Part shown: positions 1-9,458 of the stretch, in pieces
How positions within the stretch are numbered: the first letter of the stretch is position 1
How the letters are laid out: every line of letters begins with the position of its first letter
Virus record (IMG/VR): IMGVR_UViG_3300042389_001946
Coordinates: 1 to 25,605 of that record
DNA length: 25,605 nucleotides
Strand: one strand, 5' to 3'
Source of the DNA: a virus
Lineage: Duplodnaviria > Caudoviricetes
Made by a program: the position numbers and the translations under genes
Notes under the pieces: model-generated
Seen by the model: the letters and a program-made list of their open reading frames with translations, nothing else
What the model was told of the DNA's origin: nothing
The model's database searches: none

Positions 1-363
1 TTACTTATCGTACTCCTTCGGTGTTTTAGCTTGAAGGTATACCTCACCATACGCCTCAAGCGTTCCAGATATGACTTGAAACTCTCTCTGCGAAAGAGAG
101 TCGATATCCTTTAGCCTTGCGTATACCTCTTTGTATTTTTCTTTGAAGTGGCCCTCTTTGTCTTCCTTGCTTGACCACTTTAAAGCATCAGCATACGGCT
201 TTACTTTACCTGAGAAATGATAAGCAGTAAGTATAGAGTACTTACCTTTCTTTCTAGCTGCGTTCTCTATCTTCTTTGCACCAGCTGCTCTCTTAGTTAC
301 GAACGTTGAAAACGCTTCTGTTAAATCGCTTATAACCTTTTCAAAGAGAGCTGTAAATTCCAT
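1..363 (-). CDS. hypothetical phage protein (late; possible head-packaged internal protein)
   Basis: 120-aa ORF; TAAATA box 5 nt upstream of the ATG; N-terminus ends in a T4-like L-x-E|A motif (DLTEA). Confidence 0.75.
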   Translation of the reverse strand: MEFTALFEKVISDLTEAFSTFVTKRAAGAKKIENAARKKGKYSILTAYHFSGKVKPYADALKWSSKEDKEGHFKEKYKEVYARLKDIDSLSQREFQVISGTLEAYGEVYLQAKTPKEYDK

Positions 364-371
364 ACTCTTAT

Positions 372-515
372 TTATTCAAGACGCACGCGATAATACTCAG
401 CAAAATAGTCTCCTAACATGCTAAGCGCAAACACATCTAGATCGTTCGGGAGCTCATCTAGATAGTGAGCTCCCGTCCATTCACCATCTCGTCTATAGTA
501 ATCAATTCTAATCAT
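372..515 (-). CDS. small hypothetical protein (47 aa, MIRIDYYRRDGEWTG...)
   Basis: Manually translated; ATGA overlap with the stop of the RadA-like gene; fills the gap exactly. Confidence 0.6.
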   Translation of the reverse strand: MIRIDYYRRDGEWTGAHYLDELPNDLDVFALSMLGDYFAEYYRVRLE

Positions 516-1408
516 GCTGTCTTTTTCCAAACTGCTTGCTCACCACGGCCGTACTTCTTAAGCTTACCAGCATCAGTCAACTCTTTCAGCGCGAAGTAAG
601 CTTGCGAAGAAGTAAGATTAAGCGACTTCATGATACCGTTCTTGGTAATGTTTGGAGGGTCCATTGCCATAATTTTATTCTCTATAGATTTCTTACGAGC
701 CTTCTTAGAAGGCGCATGAGTAACTTCACGCTTACCAGAGAGCTGAAAGCCATGAGAGGTCATAGAAGCGCTATAGTCAAGCGTAGCACCGAAGCGGTTC
801 TTATAGAAGCTAATGACACGATCTTGCTCATCACCTTCATCGTCCATCATGATCTGAACATTAACATCGACAGCATGAGGCACTAGCGTAGAGCCCTTAA
901 GCTTACCGTCTTTAGTAAGATGCATAATAAAGAACAGCGCGCACTCGTTAGCTTTAGCAGCGTTAATGAGAGTAGTTACAGCATAGCGCTCGAGCTCAGC
1001 ATGATTAAGCTTGTTGCGAGTACTAAGAGCTTGGAACGAATCGATAACAAGCACATCGAGATCTTGCATAGCTTTAGCAAGGATATCAACATCAGTCTCG
1101 TTAGCGATCTGAACGCTCTTAACATTCAAACGTTTACAAGTAAACGCAAGCTGATATTGATTCTCTTCGCCTGAAGCATAGCCTACATCGTAGCCGTTAT
1201 TAGCTAGAGCCTCCATAAGCTGAAGCAGTAGAGTAGTCTTACCGCAACCAGCTTGAGCTGTAATAGTAAAGGCAGAGCCAGGAAGGATACCCTCACCGAA
1301 CATATCATCGAACTCTGCAACTCCAGTTTTCATTCGACGATAGAAAATGTCTGGAATTTGAATATCTGAAACTCTCGTAAACGCTGACTTTTCGATTCCT
1401 AATTTCAT
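512..1408 (-). CDS. radA: RadA/Sms-like RecA-family ATPase without Zn finger or Lon-like domain, with putative C-terminal winged helix
   Basis: KTGVAEFDDMFGEGILPGS start, Walker A AQAGCGKT, YASGEE, Walker B VLVIDS, HLTKDG, and the RadA signature KNRFG. Confidence 0.85.
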   Translation of the reverse strand: MKLGIEKSAFTRVSDIQIPDIFYRRMKTGVAEFDDMFGEGILPGSAFTITAQAGCGKTTLLLQLMEALANNGYDVGYASGEENQYQLAFTCKRLNVKSVQIANETDVDILAKAMQDLDVLVIDSFQALSTRNKLNHAELERYAVTTLINAAKANECALFFIMHLTKDGKLKGSTLVPHAVDVNVQIMMDDEGDEQDRVISFYKNRFGATLDYSASMTSHGFQLSGKREVTHAPSKKARKKSIENKIMAMDPPNITKNGIMKSLNLTSSQAYFALKELTDAGKLKKYGRGEQAVWKKTA

Positions 1409-1436
1409 TTGTTTGTTTGGTTATTGATTACTCCTA

Positions 1437-1454
1437 ATTATAAGATAGTTCCTT
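1437..1454 (-). promoter_or_regulatory. AAGGAACT-N4-TATAAT promoter upstream of the RadA-like gene
   Basis: Minus strand reads AAGGAACT ATCT TATAAT; the motif recurs five times in the window with identical spacing. Confidence 0.7.
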
Positions 1455-1455
1455 A

Positions 1456-1629
1456 TTAAGGCTTTGATCCAATTACGATCTTTGACGAGTAATCCCTACC
1501 TTCATAAGTAAAGTGCATCACATCACCGTAAGGACTCTCTTCAATATCGAGAAACTCAGTTTCATCGACATTTACCCAACCGTATTCCTTATCTGCATAT
1601 ACCCAGAAAGGGGCACCTGTATTAATCAT
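1456..1629 (-). CDS. small hypothetical protein (57 aa, MINTGAPFWVYADKEYG...)
   Basis: Manually translated; ATG lies 6 nt after a GGAACT-N4-TACTAT promoter motif. Confidence 0.7.
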   Translation of the reverse strand: MINTGAPFWVYADKEYGWVNVDETEFLDIEESPYGDVMHFTYEGRDYSSKIVIGSKP

Positions 1630-1635
1630 GCTTTT

Positions 1636-1653
1636 ATAGTAAGATAGTTCCCT
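1636..1653 (-). promoter_or_regulatory. AGGGAACT-N4-TACTAT promoter
   Basis: Second copy of the recurrent motif. Confidence 0.65.
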
Positions 1654-1930
1654 AACTGTTTACTTCTGCGTCTAATTTTTTATACCAATCATCTGCATAT
1701 GCATAGTATGCTTCCATCGCATAATCTCCCGTGGAGTAATCACTTATACGTTCAGTAATTGCGATATCGTCTGAATTACTGTATATTTGCTTCAGAGTCT
1801 TTTCTTTAATATATTCTAACACACAATCGAGAACTTCAAGAATTTCCATACCACCTATGGGTTCTTTTTGAGAGTGTTCCTTGGTAATATTATAAATTAA
1901 ATTAATAGCTCGATCATACTTATCTTTCAT
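1652..1930 (-). CDS. hypothetical protein (start revised to MKDKYD, 92 aa)
   Basis: The ORF-track start runs through the promoter motif; the ATG at 1930 is 7 nt after the -10 hexamer. Confidence 0.65.
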   Translation of the reverse strand: MKDKYDRAINLIYNITKEHSQKEPIGGMEILEVLDCVLEYIKEKTLKQIYSNSDDIAITERISDYSTGDYAMEAYYAYADDWYKKLDAEVNS

Positions 1931-1937
1931 TCCTTTT

Positions 1938-1955
1938 ATTGTTAAGAGGTTCCTT
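1938..1955 (-). promoter_or_regulatory. AAGGAACC-N4-AACAAT promoter
   Basis: Third, slightly degenerate copy of the motif. Confidence 0.55.
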
Positions 1956-1969
1956 GAACTTAACACACC

Positions 1970-2212
1970 CTACCGCCAAAACAATTCTTGCCTCATTATA
2001 TAATTGTCACTTTTGGTTACTTTAATTTCAAAGCCATTTTCTTCCAAGGTGTTTTTTACTGAATCAACAAGAACTAGTCCTGTGATATCAGCAAAAAACT
2101 CACCCTTACTCGAAGCACTACGCACAATAAAATCAATCTTTTTTAGAGTCTCTTCTGATCTAGTAGAGAGTATCTCTAATGCAATCTTTTTTGCTTCCTG
2201 TGCTGTAATCAT
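1970..2212 (-). CDS. hypothetical phage protein
   Basis: 80-aa ORF preceded by a sigma70-like TTGCAC-N16-TACAAT. Confidence 0.7.
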   Translation of the reverse strand: MITAQEAKKIALEILSTRSEETLKKIDFIVRSASSKGEFFADITGLVLVDSVKNTLEENGFEIKVTKSDNYIMRQELFWR

Positions 2213-2248
2213 ACACTATTGTAAGATAGTGCTAATAAAGTGCAACAC

Positions 2249-2749
2249 TTAAAATTTATTCGTCTTGTATAACATATCGGCATCGCCGAAGGTGTCAGCT
2301 ACATCCACATCACCTTTTGCTGTTGCGGTATTAGCTTTGTTTATAAGTTCTTGAGGATCAGCAGGCTTACCATCTGCAAACCAAAACTCATTACCTTCAC
2401 CGCCATTTTCAAAGATTACAGCAGGTCCGTAGAGATTGTGAAGAACATCGTTTTCGGTGTCAGAGATTTTCTTAGTAGTGAACATAACAATATTGTTAGA
2501 CCCTAACAAGCTCTTGAAGTCCTCTGCTCCTCCATCGTCGAAGGTTGCTGTGGAGTTAATAGCTCCTTGCTTGGTGAAGTGGTTAACTCTTAGTTTTTCA
2601 GGTCCATAAGAATAGAGAGCAGAAGCATCACCTCCTGTGTTTGATGTGTTGGCTGTGGACTCCATTAATGTATTGAAATAAGCCGATCCTGCCTTCTCCA
2701 TAACCATTCTAAAAACGTCGTTAATTGAATTAATATCTTTTCTATTCAT
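2249..2749 (-). CDS. hypothetical late protein with an H-x-x-x-G-P-A (MORN-variant-like) motif
   Basis: LHNLYGPAVI...FWFADG motif; TAAATA 5 nt upstream. Confidence 0.7.
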   Translation of the reverse strand: MNRKDINSINDVFRMVMEKAGSAYFNTLMESTANTSNTGGDASALYSYGPEKLRVNHFTKQGAINSTATFDDGGAEDFKSLLGSNNIVMFTTKKISDTENDVLHNLYGPAVIFENGGEGNEFWFADGKPADPQELINKANTATAKGDVDVADTFGDADMLYKTNKF

Positions 2750-2760
2750 ACTATTATTTA

Positions 2761-3744
2761 TTATAGATTACTATTTATTTGATAAATATCCACTTCTTTC
2801 CCTGCTGGTCTTTGTTTTTTAACATATGATAAAAAATCTGCTGCAAGACCGGAAGAGTGTGGATTACCATCAATTAGAAATATGTGCTTCAGTGGAGGTA
2901 ATTTAAAGGGCTTCCAAGCCTCCTCACCATCAGTAAGAAAAATAGCTCCTTTATATTTCTCAATACCTTTTATTTTAGAGATATACTCTGCAACGTTACT
3001 AAAGTAATTACCACCTGTTGTGTCTATATTTTTCTTTAACCAGTTCGAGAGCTCCATACCTTTTGCTTCCGTAGGGGTGAAATCTTTCTCTCTGTATACG
3101 TTATCAGTATATAAGATTATTTTAATATATAGATTGTTGTGTTTAAATTGTTCTGAAATACGTTGTGCAGTACCTAAGAACTTAGCTATCATTCCTGGTG
3201 TAATAGAGCCGGAAGTATCTAGCGCTAGAATAAAATTATTAAGCTGTTTTTTAACTACACGCCCTGGCGGAGTATAAGACGAAGCTGCATACCTTCTAAT
3301 AGGGTTAGTATGTGACCTCGGCCCTGTCTTTGTAGATAAACTAAAGAGCTCTTTAAGTACATCTTTATAATTTCTTCTATCTAAATCTAATGATGTAGGT
3401 AGCGGTGACTTAGCACTTGTACCTTGAGCATTGGCCTGTTGTCTTTCAATTTCACGAACAGCTTCTTTTGATATTTCTTTTGTATCTTTTAATGGAGTTT
3501 TTCTATCATTTTGCTTATCTGAACCTTCAAGAACATCATGATCTTTGTCACCATCAACCATCTCATCGTGAGAGTTAATTTTCTCTATTTTGTCTTTTGC
3601 TGACCTTCCTTTACCGTCACCTGGTTGCTCTTCCTTATCAGATCGCGCTATATGAATATTATTATCCGGCTTATCACCAGGTTTACCAGGCTTGCCTTTG
3701 TTAGCTGACACTACTCTATCTAATTGTTCTAAAGGAATTCTCAT
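2761..3744 (-). CDS. vWA-domain protein (DUF2201 C-terminal-like)
   Basis: MIDAS motif LALDTSGS, TGG, IFLTDG; low-complexity N-terminal half; TAATG coupling to the upstream gene. Confidence 0.85.
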   Translation of the reverse strand: MRIPLEQLDRVVSANKGKPGKPGDKPDNNIHIARSDKEEQPGDGKGRSAKDKIEKINSHDEMVDGDKDHDVLEGSDKQNDRKTPLKDTKEISKEAVREIERQQANAQGTSAKSPLPTSLDLDRRNYKDVLKELFSLSTKTGPRSHTNPIRRYAASSYTPPGRVVKKQLNNFILALDTSGSITPGMIAKFLGTAQRISEQFKHNNLYIKIILYTDNVYREKDFTPTEAKGMELSNWLKKNIDTTGGNYFSNVAEYISKIKGIEKYKGAIFLTDGEEAWKPFKLPPLKHIFLIDGNPHSSGLAADFLSYVKKQRPAGKEVDIYQINSNL

Positions 3745-4637
3745 TATTTATTAATTTTTCTATATGCTTCTTCTTTACTTATTTGCTTGATAACTGCTTC
3801 ACCATCTTTAATATCAACAATCTCACCGAAAACGTCTTTACCTTTTTGTTTTGCAATATCACCAACTCTCAGTGGTCTGCTCTTACCGCTCTCTCCGTCG
3901 CCTCCTTCAGGATCTCCTCCACCATCATCATCATCATCGCTATCACCATCATAAATGTTTATTTTAGGTATGTTTCTAGCTATTTCTGCGTATATCATCT
4001 CTGCTGACTTAGATCGTATTACATAATCTCTACCTGCAAAGTTCGCTATTCCGTCTTTATTCGTGGTCAGGCCTACCTCCCTACCATTAATCATAGGTGG
4101 TTGTATGTTCCATTTCCATTTAAGCTGATCATTCATTTCAAAATCAGTAGCAATATTCCATAGAGAATGTTTTCCGCCTCCCCCATCCACAATTATCATT
4201 GTTCTGTCTTGCTGTCTTTCGAATGTTCTATTTACAACATGATATACTTCATGAGCTACTAAAAATGTAAATGCATCATAACCTGTACCGCCTTGATCTT
4301 CTTGCCCTTCAAGAATATCTCTAATAAATTTTGGATTAAAATATAAATTTCTATATTGATCTACCGCTGCAGTTTGTATATCACTATCCGGAGCAACTAT
4401 CCGTATAGGCATACTTTTAAGCATATGCCAGAAGTAAGGACTAGCAGTAAATAAATGCCTCTTAATCATTATAATCATACCCTCTACCTCTTCCTTTGTA
4501 GGTAGAGAGGAATCTTCCTCATCGTTACTTACCTCAGTAGGTCTAGGTACATCATTTATGATTTTAGTATGCACCAATTTATCGTAGTTATCAACTTCTT
4601 CTAGAAAACTTTTATAAGCTTTGTTAAATAGATTCAT
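3744..4637 (-). CDS. putative HExxH metallopeptidase (DUF2201 N-terminal-like)
   Basis: TAAVD...LYFNPKF, LVAHEVYH, WNIATDFEMN, SAEMIY motifs; acidic/Gly linker. Confidence 0.85.
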   Translation of the reverse strand: MNLFNKAYKSFLEEVDNYDKLVHTKIINDVPRPTEVSNDEEDSSLPTKEEVEGMIIMIKRHLFTASPYFWHMLKSMPIRIVAPDSDIQTAAVDQYRNLYFNPKFIRDILEGQEDQGGTGYDAFTFLVAHEVYHVVNRTFERQQDRTMIIVDGGGGKHSLWNIATDFEMNDQLKWKWNIQPPMINGREVGLTTNKDGIANFAGRDYVIRSKSAEMIYAEIARNIPKINIYDGDSDDDDDGGGDPEGGDGESGKSRPLRVGDIAKQKGKDVFGEIVDIKDGEAVIKQISKEEAYRKINK

Positions 4638-4638
4638 A

Positions 4639-6420
4639 TTATAGTTTTTTAGCTAATTTATCTTGAACTGCGAAAAGACCTTCAAGTGTATCGTTAAGAG
4701 ATGGTACATCAATGCCGATAGGACTTGTAGCTTGATCCTCTGCCTCTTCTTCATTTTCACTAGGGACATTAGAATAGTTAGATTGACTGTCTTTCTTAAG
4801 TCTATTGAGAGACTTTTCAGCGGCTTGGATCTTACCATTTAACTCAGCAGCTGTAGTTGAAATAAAGGTTTTAATCTTTTGTTTGTCTTCAGGTGTAGCG
4901 TTTTGTGTAATAGCAACTTGCATTATAGGCCATGCTTCAACACCATTTAGAAGTGCACCTTTTAGGTAAGAATAAACAATTGCAGCATTTTGCTGTTGCT
5001 TACCTACTCTCATTGCTTCTATCGCATTAAAGAATGACATTGCATAATCGTTATATGCTTGTATATCAACTTCTTTTGGATCAGGCTTAGGAAGAGTGCC
5101 CTTTTTCATATCTGTATTAAGCAGAGCGCCTGAAGTTAAATACCTATCATAGCCAAATGCTGTTACATATTCTCCTACAAAACCATTTATCCTATCTTGT
5201 AATATAGATAGATTTAAAAATAGATCTTTAGTTTCCACACCTTGTGGATTTTCTTTATCTTTTGTTACAAAATATTTTTCAGGCGCTTTAAGCATTTGAT
5301 CTATATTAGCACCTTGATATCTACGAACGTAATACATAAACTCAGAAGCCCATGGTACGTTAATATCGCCTCTCGCAGCTTCTTCAATTAGAGAAATAAA
5401 TTTGTTTGTAGGTTTGCCCTGCTTTGCTCTTTCTTGAAATTCTTTTTGTAAAGCGAATATAGAATCAGAAAGCTTTTCAAAGTTTCTAGGGTTAGGATCA
5501 CCTGTACGAACATTATCATCATCCTCATAAGAGAAATATGTGTCAATTTGATCTGGGTATGATGAATATTTGAAGTTTAAGAATTTAATTATTAACGGGT
5601 GATAGACTTGCCTTGTAGTTCCAAGTTCTGTTTTCGAAAACGTCTTAGCAAACTCACTCCATTTTTCAAAAGTAACGTCAAAATAAACAGTTGATACGCG
5701 GTTAACCAAAGCTTTATTTAAATCATTGGTACCTGCAAACTTTGCTCCTAGGTTACCTGCTGCATGTACTGCCCAAAAATCCGAGTTACTTATACCTTGC
5801 TCTGCTATAGAACGCTCTCCAAAGTGCAAGAGAGGATACATAGCATTTTGTGTCTCTGGGCTAGCTTGGTTAATTTCATCTAAGAACAACATACCTGCAG
5901 AATTCTCCATTGTAAGCATCTTTATCCATAGCATGTTTAATGCTTCTGCAGTACCTTTTATTGTCTCACTAGGCTTTGGAATGCCTTTAAACTCAAACGC
6001 TTCATAGGCACCTGCACGAATATCGATGAAACAGTAGTATTTTTCTGGGTTATTAAATTTTTCAAGTAACTCATCTTTAGATCTAGAATACAATCTATTA
6101 AAATCAACAAACTCTCTACCTACTGCTTTAGCAACATCTTGCGCTGTCTTCTTAACTATAGCTGATTTACCCACACCTGGTCTTCCATATATAACTACAG
6201 ATTGGTTGAGAGTTCCAGGTCCTTTACCAGACTTACGAAATAGGTAATCATCTAGTGTATCAACGTCGAGCAGATGTATCTCATATTTGTCACCAAACGA
6301 CTTAGTAGGTAACTCTTGCATATCCTGGGGACCAAACTCTCCAAAGTCTACCGATGAATCAGCTCTACTAGGACCTCTCGCTTCTGTTATGAATTCTAAA
6401 TAACGTTTAGTGTACGACAT
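4639..6420 (-). CDS. MoxR-like AAA+ ATPase
   Basis: Walker A GRPGVGKS, Walker B LFLDEINQA, AAGN, ALVNR, PNPR; adjacent to the peptidase and vWA genes. Confidence 0.9.
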   Translation of the reverse strand: MSYTKRYLEFITEARGPSRADSSVDFGEFGPQDMQELPTKSFGDKYEIHLLDVDTLDDYLFRKSGKGPGTLNQSVVIYGRPGVGKSAIVKKTAQDVAKAVGREFVDFNRLYSRSKDELLEKFNNPEKYYCFIDIRAGAYEAFEFKGIPKPSETIKGTAEALNMLWIKMLTMENSAGMLFLDEINQASPETQNAMYPLLHFGERSIAEQGISNSDFWAVHAAGNLGAKFAGTNDLNKALVNRVSTVYFDVTFEKWSEFAKTFSKTELGTTRQVYHPLIIKFLNFKYSSYPDQIDTYFSYEDDDNVRTGDPNPRNFEKLSDSIFALQKEFQERAKQGKPTNKFISLIEEAARGDINVPWASEFMYYVRRYQGANIDQMLKAPEKYFVTKDKENPQGVETKDLFLNLSILQDRINGFVGEYVTAFGYDRYLTSGALLNTDMKKGTLPKPDPKEVDIQAYNDYAMSFFNAIEAMRVGKQQQNAAIVYSYLKGALLNGVEAWPIMQVAITQNATPEDKQKIKTFISTTAAELNGKIQAAEKSLNRLKKDSQSNYSNVPSENEEEAEDQATSPIGIDVPSLNDTLEGLFAVQDKLAKKL

Positions 6421-6438
6421 ACAGTTATTTAGTCTATA

Positions 6439-6906
6439 TCAATTAAAAACAACATGAGAAAGTAACTCTGCCCTAACATTTGCTTCAACTTCCCATGGAA
6501 GACCGTTATAAATATCGAGAGATGATGTGTCTATCAGCATCTTTTTACCATTCCACTTAAAATGCATACTACCGGCATCCTTTAACCTACCCTGATAAAA
6601 CTGCTCAATATGAACTAGCTCATGAATCATTGTGTTTTTGAATGTAGCTAGATCCTGACGCACATCAACCTCTACAACATATTGCCTACTCTCTGAAAAT
6701 ACATTAGGTTTCACGTAGTAAGCTCTACCATAAGCATCTCTAACCGGTCTAAAGACAATGTTGAGATTTCTAGGCAGTTTTATAAACTGCCTAATATCAC
6801 TAAAACTATCCTTCAATACATCGATAAAAAAAAGAGCATTATCTAAGTGCTGCTTGTAATTACCGTAACGAACAGATGTCGCTAAGGTTATATTGGGTAA
6901 ACTCAT
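6439..6906 (-). CDS. zinc metallopeptidase-like protein (HExxH)
   Basis: MIHELVHIEQ and downstream PWEVEA. Confidence 0.8.
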   Translation of the reverse strand: MSLPNITLATSVRYGNYKQHLDNALFFIDVLKDSFSDIRQFIKLPRNLNIVFRPVRDAYGRAYYVKPNVFSESRQYVVEVDVRQDLATFKNTMIHELVHIEQFYQGRLKDAGSMHFKWNGKKMLIDTSSLDIYNGLPWEVEANVRAELLSHVVFN

Positions 6907-7073
6907 TATTGCTCTTCGATTGTAGGTACCCAGGTAATTCTTTCTACTTCTTCTACTTCAGGGTAATTCTCAAAAAACAAATCACGCGCTTCTGTTTTAT
7001 CTTCTGCGTTAATATGCGTTGTTAATCGTATTTGCGTTCTTGGATAAATATATTCAACAAGATAAGTTTTCAT
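6906..7073 (-). CDS. small hypothetical protein (55 aa, MKTYLVEYIYP...)
   Basis: Manually translated; TAATG overlap with the next gene. Confidence 0.7.
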   Translation of the reverse strand: MKTYLVEYIYPRTQIRLTTHINAEDKTEARDLFFENYPEVEEVERITWVPTIEEQ

Positions 7074-7084
7074 ACCTATATAGA

Positions 7085-7810
7085 TTATATAGTAGTTCCA
7101 TTGCTCTCTATTTTCTGAACCTGTAATTGAGTTAAATCTTTTAGAGTTGTGTCTATACCATAGTTGAATTGCAAATGAAAATCACTCCAGCTTGACTCAA
7201 CATCAAGTATATCAGGATGCGGTCGGTTCTTTTTTACGTTAAAAAAATACTCTAACGACATTACGCCGTAATCATTTACCATAATATTTTTATAATCAAG
7301 TTTTGCTACTGTACCGCTTTTAAGCAAATGTTGCGTAGACTGCACATTCTCTATTACACTTGCTTTAGCAATCGATTTAATAAAGGGAGTACCGCAAATC
7401 TGAGTAAAGGCTGTTCGGACTTGTTTAGGCTGATAAATAATGCCCGGGTCACCAAGACGCTTGCACTGAATATTTATAACATCAAAAGTATGGTTTTCAG
7501 AAAGATAGTCACGAACTGTACCTTGTTTAGTATACCAATACTGTGTGATGTCACAAACAGCAAGCCAGTTTATATCGTTACGTACCTGCTCAAAAACCGC
7601 ATTGTAATTGTCAACCCGTTTCTGCATTTCTTTAACACTAAAAAGACTTATAACTTCTTTATATGGCTGTAATACAGAAATATAATCATCTTCACTATGA
7701 TTATCAATTAAGTAGAAATGATCTACACCTTGCATTAAATGGTGTTCCACCCACTCTCTTAATATAGTTGCCTCGTTTTTAAAAGTTGCTAAAATAGATA
7801 AAAAGTGCAT
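7085..7810 (-). CDS. GT-A fold glycosyltransferase (GT2-like/GT92-like), DxD motif degenerate
   Basis: LATFKNEATILREWVEHH, FYLIDNHSED; has CDITQY where its paralog has CDIDEY. Confidence 0.8.
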   Translation of the reverse strand: MHFLSILATFKNEATILREWVEHHLMQGVDHFYLIDNHSEDDYISVLQPYKEVISLFSVKEMQKRVDNYNAVFEQVRNDINWLAVCDITQYWYTKQGTVRDYLSENHTFDVINIQCKRLGDPGIIYQPKQVRTAFTQICGTPFIKSIAKASVIENVQSTQHLLKSGTVAKLDYKNIMVNDYGVMSLEYFFNVKKNRPHPDILDVESSWSDFHLQFNYGIDTTLKDLTQLQVQKIESNGTTI

Positions 7811-7811
7811 A

Positions 7812-8624
7812 TTATTTAACTCGGTTATTTTGTGCTAATTGTTTTAGTAGATGTGATGAATTATTGTGTGTTGGTTTTGCAGTCGTAGTTGGAATGGTAT
7901 TTGCTCTAACTAAATTTGCCAGTGTATTATCTTCTACATCATTAACATCATTGACTCTAAAATACTCTTCATCTCTATATGTATCGCAGATATCAAGCGA
8001 TGGGTACCCCGACGGCGAGCCTCTCACGAGTTTTGTTTTTGTAAAATACTCTCTTGACATTACTCTATAATGGTTCAAGCGAATATCTTTATAATCTATC
8101 TTTACTGTTGTGTTTTCTGTCAGGGAATGTTGGTGTATATTTAAAATATTTGCATTAGATGTTCTTACGATAGACTTAATACTACCGACTTCTTCAGCTC
8201 TTTTTATAAAAGACTCTCTAATACTCACAGGTTGTGTATCATAACCTGATGATCCGTACGCGTACCATCGTGTGTAAAGTAGATGTATGTCCTGCTTATC
8301 CAATTCTTTCATATATTCATTAGCAGTTCCAATAGGTGTAAACCAATATTCATCGATATCGCAAATGGCAAGCCACCTCACTGTGTGTTTAATCTGCTGA
8401 TACACAATATTATAGTTATTAACCTGTTCATACTTACCTGGCAGATTATAAAGTGTTACATAACCATCCTTTATAAATTCCTTTAGGACCTCTTTGTAGT
8501 TATCATCACTATTGTTGTTAATTAGATATATGTGATCAAAACCTTGCCATTTATGGTGTTCTACCCATTCCTTTAAAATCATTGCTTCGTTTTTGAAAGT
8601 CGCTAAAATGGCGAGATAATGCAT
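7812..8624 (-). CDS. GT-A fold glycosyltransferase (GT2-like/GT92-like)
   Basis: LATFKNEAMILKEWVEHH, NNNSDD, WLAICDIDEY, KSIVR, LNHY. Confidence 0.85.
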   Translation of the reverse strand: MHYLAILATFKNEAMILKEWVEHHKWQGFDHIYLINNNSDDNYKEVLKEFIKDGYVTLYNLPGKYEQVNNYNIVYQQIKHTVRWLAICDIDEYWFTPIGTANEYMKELDKQDIHLLYTRWYAYGSSGYDTQPVSIRESFIKRAEEVGSIKSIVRTSNANILNIHQHSLTENTTVKIDYKDIRLNHYRVMSREYFTKTKLVRGSPSGYPSLDICDTYRDEEYFRVNDVNDVEDNTLANLVRANTIPTTTAKPTHNNSSHLLKQLAQNNRVK

Positions 8625-8723
8625 ATAATATATATTAATATATCAATTCATAACTATCAACTTTTTTTTATAATTAACTAATAGCGTGTAGAAAAATAGC
8701 AAATATACGCTATATATAGGTAT

Positions 8724-9458
8724 ATGAATATCAGCGACTTTAAAGCTGCACTGCAAACAATAGGTGAAAAAAAATCACCAGCGCTAGAATATAATACAGT
8801 TAGCGTTTCTACCTTCAAAGGTGATACAGATTTTAATATTCGCGATCATGTGTCTCAGCGAACATCATATAAGTTAATGTATGATTATTATGATGATTTT
8901 GATTCATTCAATCAAACCAAAACCATATCAAAAGACATAAAGACACTAATGCCAAAAATGCTAAACTGGAGAAAAACAGAAGCGGATTATTATATTTGGC
9001 TAGACGGTAGTATGAAATTTACAACATATATGTCGGTTGATTGGATGATAAATTATTTTTCTGCAGCTGATGAAACTATAATGCTATTTAAGCATCCATC
9101 ACGCGCTAATATAATTGAGGAAGTAGATTACATTGAATCTGAAATAAATGCAGGTAATCAAGAGATGATTGAACGGTATAACCTAGATGAACTTAAATCG
9201 CAGGTGATGCGCTATATCGAGGACTTTCCATATCTCAAGACTTATCCCCTATTTGACACTCGCGCTTTTATTTACAAAAAAGACTTTATAGATAAACCTC
9301 GTCATTTTAGTAATTTCATGCTTGATTGGTTTGCACATACAGTTACTGAATCTATGAACGATAAAATTAGTCTTGCATACACACTAGCATATAGACGTAC
9401 ACGGCATGATGCATTTGATGGTAATTTGCTTACTAATAACTTTATTAAACCAAGATGA
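8724..9458 (+). CDS. DUF616/TOD1-MUCI70-like glycosyltransferase
   Basis: YYIWLDGS, FKHPSR..IIEE, DKISLAY pattern. Confidence 0.7.
   Translation: MNISDFKAALQTIGEKKSPALEYNTVSVSTFKGDTDFNIRDHVSQRTSYKLMYDYYDDFDSFNQTKTISKDIKTLMPKMLNWRKTEADYYIWLDGSMKFTTYMSVDWMINYFSAADETIMLFKHPSRANIIEEVDYIESEINAGNQEMIERYNLDELKSQVMRYIEDFPYLKTYPLFDTRAFIYKKDFIDKPRHFSNFMLDWFAHTVTESMNDKISLAYTLAYRRTRHDAFDGNLLTNNFIKPR

Noticed and set aside
3918-3952. (CAT)n microsatellite
   Set aside because: It encodes the Asp/Gly linker of the peptidase; ordinary low-complexity coding sequence
536-8486. Plus-strand ORFs 536-886, 920-1174, 2004-2252, 3020-3277, 3783-4007, 5726-6007, 7328-7672, 7864-8070, 8283-8486 and nested 4653-4838
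   Set aside because: They are antisense or out-of-frame shadows of motif-bearing genes, with no promoter box and no recognisable domains
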